A stretch of 64,000 nucleotides of DNA, taken from NCBI GenBank assembly GCA_965649825.1, contig OZ287698.1, positions 883,949 through 947,948 of the forward strand. Reading direction: 5' to 3'. The position numbers and the translations under genes are program-made. Below the pieces are notes generated by a model. It did no database searches. It was not told where the DNA came from and was given only the letters and a program-made list of their open reading frames with translations. This DNA comes from Penicillus capitatus (taxonomy: Eukaryota > Plantae > Chlorophyta). Numbering within the stretch: the stretch's first letter is position 1; each line of letters opens with the position of its first letter. Below are positions 22,214-36,032 of the stretch, one piece after another.

Positions 22214-25200
22214 CTAAACAAAAGCCAAGAAATGCAGAATAGTAAAATAGACACACAAGATGTAACGCAATATGGGATGACGCATAAGGAGAATAAAACC
22301 ACGATCCATAAAATCGGCTCCACGGATACAGAGGCTGAGGTATTTCATGGCAGGAATACCGCGCAGCATTCCAGATAGTGGCTGAAATCCTGAAGGATCG
22401 CCGCCGGAGAGTACGGCTGCTTCGACATCGTATCCACGATCCTCGTCCTTTTTGTTGCTCAGACCGCCGACCATCACCGGGACTTCGCTCGGACCGGCGT
22501 CAAAAGCAGGAGACGATTTTCTGGCTTCGTCCAAAGTGACGCGAAGGGATTCCACTTCTGCGTAAAGATCAGCTTCTCTCTGCTCTGCCTGCGTGGCTCT
22601 GTCTTGCAAGGCTTGGAGCTCAGCAGCAGGGACTGGCGACTTTGGAGTCGGCTGAGATTGACCGGCAATCGCCAGGGCTGTCTCCAAACGCACGATCTTC
22701 TGATGCAATCCAGGCACATCGTCTGCCTGAGCTCTGAGCTGTTGGATCTGTTCCGTTAGCGTTTTGTTCGCTGCCGTTGCCTGCTGCAGTTGTAACTGAA
22801 GAGTTGAGATATGCTCCGGACTGACCGACTGCTTCTCTGCCGTCTGCAGAGCGCCTTTAAGGGAATCAATCTCTTCCAAGAGACCATACTGGTACTGCTT
22901 TGCTTCTTCGAGCTGTTTCTGCCCTTCCTGCTCTTGGGACCGATAAGCGGTCAATTGATTCTGAAGATGGCCTGTCTCTTGCTGCAGTACGTGCAGTTCG
23001 TTCTGGAGTCGATCTCTGGACGTCTCCATCTCGGCGGCTTCTTTTCTTGCTGCCGCAATGTCCTCTTTGAGTTGTTGGATATCAGTTTCGCGAGCTTCTG
23101 TCAAATCGCGCTGCCCGACTGACCAGTTGTGGCGCACTTGCTCGAGCTCAGATGTCATTTCCATCAGCTGTGCCTCCGCCGTCTGAAATTTCGTCTTTAG
23201 ACTCTCGACCTCTACTTCTTTGCGTGACAGGAGTGACTGGACTCGTGATACGTCGTCACTCTTGGCGGTGAGAGAGTTTTTGAGATTTGATAGGTCTTCG
23301 TGCGTGCTTTCTGACTTTTGCTGCACATGCGCCATCTCTTTTTGCACGTCCTCCCATTGATGGCGCATGGAAATTTTCTCCTCTTCGGCACGACGTCTCT
23401 CTCGATCTGCAATCTCGGCAATTTCTAGCGCTTCACTTAAAGCGCTGTCCAGTTCAGAAAGCTTCTGATGTGCCTTTTGTTCCTCCTGTGTCTTCTCGGA
23501 AAGTGTTGCTTCCAACTCGGATACTTTATCGATAAGGGGCTCTAGTTCTGACACCTTTGCTCTAAAAAACTCCAACTCTGATACTTTATCGATTAGGGGC
23601 TCCAGTTCTGACACCCTGGCCCTAAGAGACTCCAGCTCGGATACTTTATCCATAAGGGGCTCCAGTTCAGACACCCTCGTTCTGAGAGGTTCCAATTCTG
23701 AAACTTCGTCGACAAGGGGTTCCAGCTCTGATACCCTTGCCCTAAGAGACTCCAACTCGGATACTTTATCGATAAGGGGCTCCAGCTCTGATACCCTGGC
23801 CCTAAGAGGCTCCAACTCCTCAACAGATTGTTCAACGGAGTGCAGTTGAGCGATGAGTTGAGATCGTTCTTCCATTAGAGCCTGAAATCGCGTGGAGTAA
23901 TCTGCAGATTCCTCTTCCAGCCTGGCATTCAAGGAAGCAATCACAGTATCTTTGGATTGTATGTCTTCCATCGCTGTTTCAATCTGCTGCTCCATCTTGT
24001 CTGTCTGAATGAGATACTCCTGAATCTTTGCTGCCAGCCGCTCCAGTTCTGCATCCCTTTCCTCAAGAGCCTCTTGACTTTGTTCTCGAATCTTTTCGAT
24101 CTCACTCGTGACTGCATTCAGCTGATTCTCCTTCTCTTTAAGCGTCTCGCTTTTCAGAGCCAATTCGTCGTTGAATTGATCCGTCTGAGCCATGAAATCA
24201 TGGAACTGTCCTTTCAGAGCCAAGATCTCTTGCTCTCTCTTGCCCAACAGATCATCCTGTTGCGCTCTCTCTGCTGCCACCATTTCTTTCTCTACCTCCA
24301 TTCCTTCGATCTGTTCCTGCAGACCGTTCACAGCCTCTTCTTTCTCTGCAAGTGAATGTTCCTTCTCTTTGAGCTCTTCTTTGAGCAAGACGTTCGTTTG
24401 ATGGACGTGCTGAAGGGCTTCCATTTCTTGCTCTCTCTGATCGAGCATCTCGGAGAGGTCCTCGATCTCGGCGGCCTTGTGTTGCAAGGCCTCGTCCATC
24501 TGAGCTCTCAATCCATCCATCGCTGTCTCCTGCGAAACGACTTGGTTGTTCTTCACTTCAAGCTCCTGCTGACATTGCTCCAACAGACTATGGACAGATC
24601 GCAGCTCAGCCTCCTGCATCTCTGTTCTCTGCTCCAGTGAAACGCATGATTCCTTCGACTCTGTCAGATCGGTAACGAGTGCATTCAGTTCTTTGTCCTT
24701 TGCTTCCACGAGAGTGCCGATCTCTTTTAAGTCACCCTCCAAAGCTGCCGCCTTCTCCTCTGTCGCAGACCTGTCATCACGAATCTACTGATCCCGTTTT
24801 CTAAGCGATGTCGGTCTGCTGACTTTTCAGTTTCTGCGTCTCTGAGCTGTGCCCTGATTTCATCCAACTCTTCGAGAGGAACCATCTGCTGTGTCGCCGC
24901 TGTCTGCGTATGAGCAAGACTGGCACGTAGCTCTTCGACTTCTGCCTTCAGAGAATCGTTTTCAACGTTTCTATCATAACTCTGCTTTCGCAACTTATCA
25001 AACTGCTGTTTCGCATGTTTCATCTTACTCTACGCACAGCACAACAAACGCATCGTCAACCCAGCAAACAGATTGGGGACAGGCACTGTCTAACAGCTGT
25101 TACATACCAAGAGAGCATCTTTCTCTGTTTGCAACTCCTCCAGTGCAACAGTGGCAGATTCTTCTCGTTCTGTCGCCTCTTCCAGCAGTCTTTTCAATTC

Positions 25201-25959
25201 GTTCACTTCTTCACTTGATGTGACAGGTTCTCTCTTCTCAGCCTTCGTCTGTCTGAGAACTTCCAACTCTGCCAAGAGAGCAGCATGATGTTCCGACATC
25301 TCCTGATTCGCCTTTAGAGACGTCTGTAATTGCGCAGAGAGTTCTTGCTTCTCCTCATCCAACGACGTGCAGTTATTGCGCAGCTGATGCACATCTTCTT
25401 CCAATGCCACGATTCTCTGAGAGAGTTCCCGATCGCGTTCCACCAGATCCGTCATCTGAGAATGAAGGTGCTGGAGCTCCTGCTCTTTCTCGTGGACCTG
25501 TTCGAAAAGGATGGACGTCATCCGTGGCATATTTTTCATCCACGATGCACACGACCTTGGATTTGAGATCTGTGATCGATCGGAGATGCGTTTCGGCATC
25601 CTGTGTCGCATCCGCCGACGTCTTCCATTTCTTTGCCTCCTAAAATACAATACTGCTTTACTCTCTTCATCATCTGGATGGCTTCTTGCCTTTGGCTGTG
25701 TTGTGGTTGTTGAATCATTGTGCCACACGCCATTGGCCGCGGCGATTTCGCGAAAGACCTCGGGGACATACATCGTCGTCGGTCTTCCTTCGCTCTTCGC
25801 GCCACTCTTTGTCTTTGTCGTTTCGAAGTCATAGTACGCTTGCCAGGCTAGGCGCCTCTCCTCGTCTGTCTGCTTCACGTCTTTTCGCTTCTCCTTCGCT
25901 GCCAATGTCTGGTGCCACACATCGAGGCCCTCGAGCTTGGCACGGAGTTCGGGATTCAT
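22214..25959 (-). CDS. Golgin-like long coiled-coil protein with a C-terminal tail anchor, multi-exon; 5' start uncertain
   Basis: The 842-aa last exon and upstream exons are E/K/L/Q-rich heptads. The C-terminus FMDRGFILLMRHPILRYILCVYFTILHFLAFV* resembles golgin-84/CASP-type TM tails. Confidence 0.7.
23510..23820 (-). repeat. Coding minisatellite: ten 30-bp (10-aa) units alternating ELEPLRARVS / ELEPLIDKVS
   Basis: Read directly in the ORF translation. The DNA motif atactttatc.ataaggggctcca recurs every 60 bp. Confidence 0.9.
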
Positions 25960-26044
25960 GCTGGTGACGACGACGTAGTGGACACGCAAATCGTACCGCG
26001 TTTGAGGGAGACCACGACAAGACACGCGATGATGTGACGTTTGA

Positions 26045-26875
26045 CTACTCAGGAGAGTATGGCGTCAAAGGTGCCGTCTGAAAAGCAGCTCCTTCGCGGT
26101 AAGTGATCACACCGACGACGTTTTGACCTCCCTTCTTCTCCACTTTCACAGCGGCGCGCAATTTGCCTTTGATCAAAACGGAGCCATCTTCGGCGACACT
26201 GTAATCCAAGAGCTTCGGCTGCATGGAAAGGAGTTTGGGGATATCGGTGACGCCTTTGGAGGTGAGATGCTCCACAACGGGCTTCAAATGATCCTCAACG
26301 CCGTAACCCAGAATCGAAAAGCACAGCGACGCCATGTTGCACAGCTGCCCCTCTGTGATGCCTTGATCGATCAAGTACACGCACTAGATCAGACGTTGAC
26401 GAAAGTGTGAGATCATTCGAAATGATGTGACGTCGCCTACGGCAGCTTTGACGGTGTCGGGAGTCGTGACGAGCTGTTTCTTGGCGATGCGTTCAGTGAC
26501 GCCATCGATCCATGATTTCTCCCATCCTATATGAGATCTTGTTTGAGAATTGGGCGCCGGGATGTCGGTATGGGGATGCCTAATGTTGTGAGGTACTTGA
26601 CGATGTCATCGATCGGCGAGCTCTCGACATCGAAGGACGAGGCACTTTCCGTCAAGGCAGCCCCGACAGACCAATACGCACTCCGTTGCCGCCTGTCGTA
26701 GTAGACAGCCACTCTACACAGATGCGAGTGTAGATGGCTGTATGAAAAGAGGAAGGAACCGAGAGGAGCGTCGTCCGAGGAGAATGCGCCGAGAAGGGAG
26801 GGGATAGATGCCCGTCCTTCGAGGAAGAAGAGATGGACGGGTCGCTGTCCAAATTGAAACGCTGCCACTCAACAT
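26045..26875 (-). CDS. mTERF-like organelle-targeted protein, multi-exon
   Basis: S/R-rich transit-like leader MLSGSVSIWTATRPSLLPRR. Repeats IVKYLTTLGI and SILGYGVEDHLKPVVEHLTSKGVTDIPKLLSMQPKLLDY resemble mTERF motifs. Confidence 0.6.
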
Positions 26876-27533
26876 GGATGCAAGAACGACGCTGCACGAA
26901 AAACGGTCGGGACGGCGTCTCCTGCAGACAGATGACGTCATGTCATGTCATCCCGCATCTCTAGAAATGCAACACATTTTGACGCGTACTGAAATGGCGA
27001 GTCAGATCCTGACTCTAAACCAAACACTCTTCTCTTCGCGTATCCGGCAAAGACTCAGAGATTCTCGTTATCGTGCGTGCTTGACTGATGCATTCCTTTT
27101 CTGAATCTCTTTCATCTGTTCTTCAGTTAGAAACAAGGCGTGTGTCCTCGATGACGCCAGTAGAGGTCAGCAGACAAGAAATCTAATCGAGAGCATAACA
27201 ATACGTTCGACGGTGTACAGTCACGTTTACAAACCGACAACCGAAGAGGCAGCGAATGAATAAGATTCTGTCTATCTGCCGTTCAAAGACGGAGGTACCT
27301 TGTGAGTATTTCTTGTATCTAGATCATCGCTGTCCACGAACGACAGTACCCTACGGTTACGTAATGACAGGTAACTCTGTACAAAGAAGTGACGTCGTTA
27401 TTTCTTTTCTAATAGGTCACATCAACAGATAGTAAGTATAAGAACCGCTTCCTCGTAGAACGCCATGTACTTGTTCGATATCTTTTGTCTATAACCTGTG
27501 CTTGTTCAATATCTTCTGTCTATAACTGCATCG

Positions 27534-30500
27534 ATGCAGTCAAACATCGATCCTTCTCCCTCGACAGGCTTTTCGACGGGTCTCCGGAAATTTAGCAGCG
27601 CTGTCGATAAAGGTTCTATCAAGGATCGACGACTGTTTGCTCACTGTGAGGCGTGTGTCAAGGAATATCCCGTGTTTTTCGCATATGGGCAAGATATGTC
27701 AGTCGCAAACCGTATACCGTGATCGCTGCGACAACGATCTTTGGCCTTATCTGGGCAGTGGCCTTCTTTTTTCAGCTCACCATGGAATTGGATAATGATG
27801 ACCTCTTCACACCCAACGAAGCCGAGAGCTTCGACGCCAAAGACTACGTCGACTCTCTCTACCATTCATACACCGATCGAGTATCGTCATATCTGCGTCA
27901 CGTATATTACAAATGCCTGTTCTTGTATCTAGGCCCGGATCCTGTCCATCCGACATCCCAATGCCATTAAAGAAGACGGTTGTGAAGGGCGCCTTCTGCT
28001 AAAGAACGAGACGGTGGCTCGTAAAAATATCCAAGAACTGTACAGAGTGTACGAGGAGATTCTGGCTCTGGAAATCGAGTATGATGGTGAATGGTACAAG
28101 AGCACAGACATCTGTGTTCGTCCGAGTAATGGCTCGATCTGTCTGGTGCGTCTCCGCTCCCTTCTGAAACAGACACCTGACAGATAAAGTGTTCGTGCTG
28201 TATCAGCTGACAAGTATTTTGGATCTGTGGAATTACGACGCGGATGAAATAAACAAACCAGATTTCAACCCATTGGCGAAGATCGATGCCGGTGCGTCAC
28301 CACAGACCTGTGTGCGCTCTCATAGTATTCCGATGACATGGCTTCTATACAGAGGAGGAATTGTTGGATCGGTTTGGTGTGCCGCTGGATGTTCATTATT
28401 ACTTGGGAAGGCCGGAAACGGACAGTCCATGTCAAGAAGGACCCGAACGATCAAAGAATGTCGAATCCTTTGCCGTAACGCTTGTCTACGTCGACGAACG
28501 GGTAAGCCAACACTCTCGCTGTAGAGTATCATCTAATCTTCCGTCTCTTTGCAGGAGGAAGTGGACGGAGCGGAGATCGATCCAGAGTCTCAGAAATTCA
28601 TGGAGGAGCTGACGGATCATCTGAGAGAGGTCTCGAAGACGATGACCCTCGATACGTACCTGGCAGACATCAAGGCCCTCGACAAAGCTTCGGACGAGTT
28701 GATTCGGGACGATCTTGCGCTGTTGACGATCGGATATGTCCTCATCATCATGTACGCAAACGTTGTCCTGTTCAGAAACAGCTGCCTCGCATGCAAGACA
28801 CACCTGTCCATTGTTTCAGTGGTCGCCATCGGGTTGGCCTTGATATCTGCCTTTGGAATGGCGCAGACCTTTAGCGTCAAAGTATGTCACATCATGTTTG
28901 GTGCAGGTGGACTGACAGTAAGTCGTTGTGGCAGTTTAATATGGTCATTCACATACTGCCGTTTCTGATTCTGGGTCTGGGAATCGACGACACGTTTGTC
29001 ATTATTGGCGCCTATCAGCGTGTTCCTGTCGATCTGCCTGTGCCAGAGAAGATTGCTCAGACGCTAGAACGGGCAGGATCGTCGATCTTTGTCACATCCG
29101 CCACAGATTTCTGCGCTTTCCTTATGGGAATCTACACCAGACTCCCCGCTCTTTATCAGTTCTCTGTTCATGCTGCATTGGCCGTCCTCTTTGATTTCGC
29201 ATTCCAAGTAAGCGCCCGTGCTTACGTTCGTGATCGGATTTCTATTTGGCTCTATCTGCCTTAGATCACTTTCTTTACGGCATTCCTCGTTTTGGATGCC
29301 AGAAGAGAAGCCAGATACCGCAACGGCAGTCCCATCTATGGCCTGACGAGTTGCTGCGCCGACAGTCCATACGACGAAGACAATATCATCAAAGCGGCTC
29401 CCGAAGGCCAAGAAATGAAAGCAACCTCCTCTGTCGACACGGGAAAGGGACTGAAAGAGACAGATACGCATCCTTCTGTGAAGCATCCAGACGCATGGAA
29501 GAAAATGTGTGGAGCGGGAGAATATGACGCAGCGGTTCCGAGCTTCACCACAAAGCTTGCCGGGACATACATTCCATCTGTCACATTGCATCCCCTCGGA
29601 CGCATCGTCGTGATTGCCATCGAATGCGCCTTGCTCGGATGTGCCATCTATGGATGTACCAAGGTCAAGATGGACTTCAATTACATCGAAATGTTTACCC
29701 CGGACGATTCGCCGCTCAAGACAGGCTTCGATCTCGAGGACCAGTACTACAATGGAGATCAGCGTTTCTTCTCTGTCTACACCAAAGAGGCGGCAAGCGG
29801 AGACTATTTCAATCATCAAGATGAACTGGAGCGACTCAGGATCGGCTTGGATGACGACCCATACGTCGTTGGCCCTGTTCACACATGGTCGGTGATGGAG
29901 TCACTGAAATTTCTGGCTCTCCTGATCCGTGGCGGTGTTGTAGGTACGAGAGATATGTCGCATGGCTGCGAACGAATTCTACCTATGTGCACCAGCTGAT
30001 CGATGATGGTCTCCCTCCCGACTCCGATTCCTTCCACCACTGGCTGCAGGAATTCCTCCGCGGTCCCGGCGCTGTATTCGACGACTGTGTGATCTTCAGC
30101 AATGGATCTGATGCTCGCGTCATCTCATCCAAAATCGATGCCGTGACGGTGGACATCGAGGACGGGCGACAGTCGATTGATCTCCTGGACAGTATACGGG
30201 ACACCATCGAAGGCGCTGCACCCTCTTTGGATCCCGTTCCGTTTTGCACGACCTTTCTCTTCTTTGACGGTTACCGGGTCATCGCACGGGAGACCATCCG
30301 CAACGTCGTCATGGCTGGAGTGGGAGTCTTCATCATAAATATCGTTGTCTTGGCCAGCATCCCCATGGCTGGCATCGTTGTGAGCATGGTGGCATTGACA
30401 GACGTCATGCTGTTTGGATACATGTGGTATGTGGATCAGTACTTCAATCCTGTCACCGCCATTAATCTGGTCCTGGCTGTTGGTATTGCTGTGGACTACT

Positions 30501-30811
30501 CTGCACACATTGCCCATTCTTTTCTGGTTCTCTCTGGAGATCGTCTAAGTCGAGCCAGAGGAGCTCTTGAGCACATTGGCGGCGAAGTCCTTTCCGGAGC
30601 CTTCACGACTTGGTTGGGAATTGTGATTATGGGCTTCGCTGAGCATTACTTCTTTCAATCTTTCTTCAAAATGTTTTTCGCCATCGTTATCGCTGGAGCA
30701 TGGCACGGGATCATTTTGTTACCTGTCGTGTTGAGTTTTGTCGGGTCCGATCCTTACCTCTCCAGAACGGATGGACAGAAAGTTTCCCATCCAGTGGCTG
30801 CATCGAACTAG
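27534..30811 (+). CDS. Patched/NPC1-related sterol-sensing-domain membrane protein, multi-exon
   Basis: LPFLILGLGIDDTFVII (SSD GxxDD), AGSSIFVTSATDFCAF, NLVLAVGIAVDYSAHIAH and WHGIILLPVVLS. Two TM clusters. Confidence 0.9.
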
Positions 30812-31983
30812 CTGCTGTCGTCCATCCACAGAACAAAACGTGAACGATGTGTGTTAGACAGTTTTTAACATTCTGGGTTGTCCATACCATCCGAATCAAG
30901 GAATGCGAATGCTTAACTGTACGCCTCGTGTGTTGCCGGGAGAAGGCGCATCCATGCCAGATGCTATCAAAACAGATGGACATCGTCTTCTTTCTTTAGA
31001 GGCAGCCCATTTACAGTGTTAACAGATTAGCCATGTTGGAAGCGACAGAAATGTGCGAGATGTCTGTAGACATCAAACGAAACGGAAGCAGGAAGAAAGC
31101 CTTGAATAGAGAAACACTTCGATCCATTGCCGCAGGAAGAAACTGAGCTTTTATTGGAGCTGTTGGGCGGGGCGATCAAGAATCATTGCGATTTAAGTGG
31201 TAAGACGGATGATATCCTGTACCGTCTTCGCGCCAAAGCAGTTTTCCGAACGGCAACGACAAACTCCTCTGCTCTTGTTCTCCGTCTTTTGTTTTCGCGA
31301 ATCTTTAAGGTCGGGGCGGCTGCCCACTGTGCGCGTATATCCAAAATCCTGGGCAGTGGATAACTTGTCTGTTCTCGAAACGGCTAGAGGAAGGGAATGT
31401 TCATCGATCCTATATTTTCGTGATCAAAATCAAACATCTCCCACGCTTTGCACGGGAAAGCCAAAGACGTTTCCTATGCCTAAACCTATTCACTACGAAG
31501 CGATGCTTCGGCATCACATTCTCTTCCGTGCAAAAACCTGCATGCTATCTGATGTACTCGATGAAATCTGCAGGACGCTGTCGGGGCTAGTGATGGATGC
31601 ACGAACACTCGAGCGATGCGTCAGGACACGAAACATGGCCATCGATACTCTGCGCGTCCACTCTGTTCGTTTGGCGACAGTTGACAAGTGAACAGCCAAG
31701 TTGCGTCAAGTTGACTGTGTTCGCGCGGATTTTACTTGGAAAAAAAACTTTGGACCTTTTCTCGAACCATGCGTGTCATCCCTGCGCGGGGGCCATGCTA
31801 ATCTTCTCTGTATCGTCCAATTTTTAACATGTGTGCACGAAGCACGGTAACGACGTCGCCAAAGTCAACAGACATCAAAAACGAACGAACGAACACGCGC
31901 GCGCGAACAAACAAACAGCCCTTTACATCTATATCCCGCACCGTCCATCCCGAGCCGCGTCTATCCATCATCCTTTGCCCTCC

Positions 31984-34264
31984 ATGTCCGGAAGTTTTAG
32001 AGATATCGTTCGGGAGACCCTTTTCGTAAGCACATTCCCTCACGAATCACCTCTGTCTCAACTTCGCTTTCTGACAGTCTCAAATCTTCGAGGCATTAGA
32101 CACCGATGGCAGCGCCCCTTGGCGCGTCCTCGTTCTCGACGCCGTAACACTGAAGGCTATCTCGTCAGCTATGCGTATGTCTGAGCTTCAAAGCAAAAGC
32201 ATTTCTCGTGAGCTCTCTCCCCTACGTCCTGTTCTGTCTGGTCACCCACCCTTCACTCTCTAGTTGTGGAAAAGATGGAACTCGCTCGCGAACCGCTGGG
32301 ATTGGAGGCTGTTTATTTCATCTCACCGACGGAAGAGAACATCGAAATTTTGGCATCTGATGGGGACAAAGATCTCTACACTTCCTTTCACGTCTTCTTC
32401 AGTTCCGTCGTGACTGAAGCGCTGTTGTCAAAAATCAAGAATCGCACAAATCTCCTCAGAAAACTCAAAACTCTGAAAGAAGTGCGAGATGTCTCTTGAT
32501 GTGACAGCTGTGTGAGGATACTGTCTGGCTAGACGAGCTTCGAGGTGATGGTAGTAGATGCACAGAGCTTCGTAACGGATCAGCCAGATACGCTCTCCAA
32601 ACTGTATCAGGAAAAAGCCGAACCTCATTCAACAACGTCACACTTTTCTCACTTTCTAGCTGCGAAGAAGCTGCGTGTTTTAGGTTTGTGTCAGAAATGG
32701 ATGCGGCCGTTTCCCGTCTCCTGACGGTTTTCTTGACATTAAATGTGAGGCACTCGACATCTGGTTGTGTGTTGAAGCCTCCGGTGTGCTTTGTGCCTTA
32801 GGAACGGCCGTCGATTCGATATTTCAAACCTGCCAAGTTTCCGGCAACGATGGGACATCGCACACTGATTTGTGAGCAATTTGCGAAGAAGTTAGATAAC
32901 AGATTGTCTACCATCTCCCTTTCGGCTTTTCCAAAGACCCCATCATGCGACTGCCTCATTCTGGATCGCACAATGGACGCCGTCTCTCCCATCATTCATG
33001 AATGGACATACGAAGCCATGGCTTATGATCTGCTTCGCGTCGAAAATAACGTCTATAAACGCCACGGGAATGCTGCGGGCACAACGGAAGTGTTGCTCGA
33101 TGAAGAAGACAATCTATGGAAGGAGTTGAGACACATGCACATCGCCGAAGCTTCGTCCGCCGTGAACGACAAAATTGATAACTTCAGAAAAGAAAATGCG
33201 GCCGCCAGAATCAAAGTTGGTGCATCACTCACTCGTGCATCTAAGAGATCGTGTGCCAGGGTTCGGGAGGTGGTTCGGAGCTGACGACAGGCGACATGAA
33301 GAATCTCATTCAGTCACTGCCTCAGTACAGGTAGTTATGAGCCGTCACGCAAAGCAAGTATGCGAAGTGTCTTTTCAGTGATGTTTTGTCGAATATGTCG
33401 TTGCATATTGACATCACGGGAGAGCTGTTTCGGATCACGAGCGATCGTAAACTGAAAGAGATTGGCGAACTGGAACAGGACTTGGTCTATGGAGAGAAGC
33501 ATTCCAGAGATATCATCGCTCTACTTTCAGATGGCCCCACGCTCGAAACGCAAGACAAGGTCCCTCCCTATATCATGATTCACGATATCCTACTCGATGC
33601 TCTGTTTTGGTAGATGCGCTTGCTTATGTGTTACATGGCCACGCATCCAGAGAAACTCGATACCGATCGCCGCCTTCAGTGGCAGAAACTCGCCCAGTTG
33701 AATGCCGGTGAAATGGATACCATGCTCAACTTGGAGTACCTCGGCATCTCTGTCACCAAAAAAGATAGTCCAAGTTTACTGAGCTTCATTCGCAAGAACA
33801 AGTCCAAAAACACTCGGAAGACCAAAATGGGCGAGCAGTACTCACAGCAGTACGCACTGGAGAAGTTTCAGCCGGAGCTCTATGACATTTTGGAGAAGCA
33901 CTGTGGAGGAGAGTTGCCTCAGGATGAATATCCATACGTAGGAGGTGCTCCGACGTCCGGCAGCAGTTCAGGCACGGGAGGTTCCGTTCGGACAAACTAT
34001 GGATGGAGCCGACGAAAGAAAGACACAGCCGAGATGGCGAAATCGAGAGGAAAACGTCTGATTGTTTTCGTACTGGGAGGTATCTCCCGTTCCGAAATGC
34101 GTGTTGCACATAAACTGGCTCCCGCCCTTCAACGGGACATCATTCTCGGAAGCACATCTGTCGAGACCCCATCCACATTCATCAAAAAGTTGAGCCTTTT
34201 GAGCAGCACGGTCGATGATGATGCCGTCAAAATAACGATCGATGCCGGAAGTCCATCTCGATAA
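31984..34264 (+). CDS. SEC1: Sec1/Munc18 (SM) protein, KEULE/Munc18-like, multi-exon
   Basis: WRVLVLD, LEAVYFISPT, LLILDR-type LILDRTMDAVSPIIHEWTYEAMAYDLL, LDEEDNLWKELRHMHIA, IGELEQDL and LIVFVLGGISRSEMR. Confidence 0.92.
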
Positions 34265-35309
34265 AGCAGCACTTGATTCCATCTGCATACAGCATGATTT
34301 AAATTTCGTTTGTAACAAATCTGTTGTTAGGCTTCTGGCCAAGATCTTGTCTATTGAAGGTTCTGTCAATGTTTACTAGACCAGTGTAGCGACAAGCATG
34401 AAATGAAACAATTGATAGATGAGCTAAACGAGCCATAGGGCGTCGTGCTGGTCATCTAACGGGATTCCAGAACAGATTCGCATCACAGAGTCATGCTTGC
34501 ACGGGCAACCGCAGTCTTCTTTCGTATGGGTCATGCGCATGAGATAGCACCCTTGGAGTTCCGGACAAACGGATGATTTTATCACCAATCCCCAAAATTG
34601 GCTTGCCTTGTTGCACATTTGACGGGGATCTCGTCATCTTCGCAACGATCACCAACTTTTCCAGTGATGGCCATCACAGAAGACTGTCAAATATGGTGCG
34701 TTTTTAAAGGGACGCCGATGGGACGTCGATGTAATGAAGGGCATGTCAAAGGAAAGCTTTCACGCTTACAGAGAAAAAGGTTCACATGTGTCCACGGTCA
34801 TGTCTTTATATGCCGCAGGTGACATGACATGTGGTGTAAGCGCCCCTTCGGTGACAGAACCCTCAGAAATCTAGGCGGTCACGATATGACAGCCAGATCC
34901 CTTCGACATGGGCATTTCTGTCACTTGGTGTTCGTCGCGCCATGTGTCAGGATGATTAGGAGTGAGTTCTTGTGAAGTTCGCACTGAAGTTCCTTAGAAG
35001 TTTTTAAAATCTCATTGGGAACTCACTCTCGAACTTCATATGTTTTTCTTGTGGTCGCATTAGCGATTTAGCATTTAAGTGAGGGTCGGACATATAAAAC
35101 ATCTTTCGCTTGACATCTGAGTTTGCACTTGTGTCTGTGAGTCGTATACAATCTGTTTCAGTTTGTCAAAACACTCGTTGTCCGTTATCGCTGTAACAAG
35201 CTGTCCTTTCGCTGCAACATTTTGGCGTGGACTCCGATATTCCTGCCCATCTTCATCTTGCTTCAAGACTTCCGCTGCGCTTGTGAGATGAGCCAACCCG
35301 GAGACGATT

Positions 35310-35381
35310 GCCCTCGTGGTGTAATGGTTGGCACACTTGAGGTTTTCTCAAGAGGCGTGGGTTCGAATCCCGCCGAGGCGC
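35310..35381 (+). other. tRNA-like cloverleaf (pseudo-tRNA or tRNA-derived insert); isotype not assignable
   Basis: A box TGGTGTAATGG, B box GGTTCGAATCC, D stem GTGT/GCAC, anticodon stem CTTGA/TCAAG, T stem GTGGG/CCCGC. The loop GGTTTTC is non-canonical and the two terminal acceptor pairs are mismatched. Confidence 0.6.
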
Positions 35382-36032
35382 CCCGTGAGTCACTCGGGTG
35401 ATAGTTACTGGCCGGAGGGTGAAGCGGCGACTCATCATGATCAAGAAAATCGGAAGATTGTGCAATTAAAAGACGCGGGTCAAGTCCAGACCGGAGCATG
35501 CGCTTAGACGTGAGGTGGACGACGAATCGTCGCAGACGCTGTGAGACATGTGAAGCGACGGATGGAAGCACGAGTCATCTAATTGAACGATTGAACGATG
35601 AATTGACAATGGGCGTCGGGTTGCCGATATGCTAATTAAGCGCATGCAACTGTAAAAATCCAAATCGAATCGAATCAAACCCGCCGGATACGATTCGGGC
35701 ACTTACCCTCCTCGTCAACCTCTCCGCCGCCGCGAAAGCAAGGGGGAGATACATGTCCATGCCGAGGACATCGTAAGGGACGTGGAGGGTGAAGCCGCCG
35801 GAGGGAATTCTTCACAAAGATCATCCAAGTTTGGCCCGTCGAAGAACGGCCTAACACATAACAAAAACTTCCGTATCCATTCCAACTTGCGCAGTACTAT
35901 GATCCTCCTGAATCACACGATTGAATGGCAATCTCAAACGGATCGCATCTCAGAGGCACGGCGTCTAGGGCGATCGAAGAGAGTAAAATAACTAACTGTA
36001 CTGGGCCGTTTGATATGTGAATCATATGACAT

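Noticed and set aside
22811-25566. Leu/Phe-rich plus-strand ORFs
   Set aside because: These are antisense shadows of the E/K/Q-rich coiled-coil gene.
20503-30811. Hedgehog-like module (BBS8 near a Patched-like gene)
   Set aside because: SSD proteins and the BBSome are widespread without Hedgehog signalling, and proximity alone is not evidence.
31127-31830. Short ORFs between the Patched-like and Sec1 genes
   Set aside because: No motifs or coherent exon structure; treated as intergenic.
34424-34618. Possible coding remnant (GCYLMRMTHTKEDCGCPCKHDSVMRICSG)
   Set aside because: It is too short and I cannot assign a family without a search.
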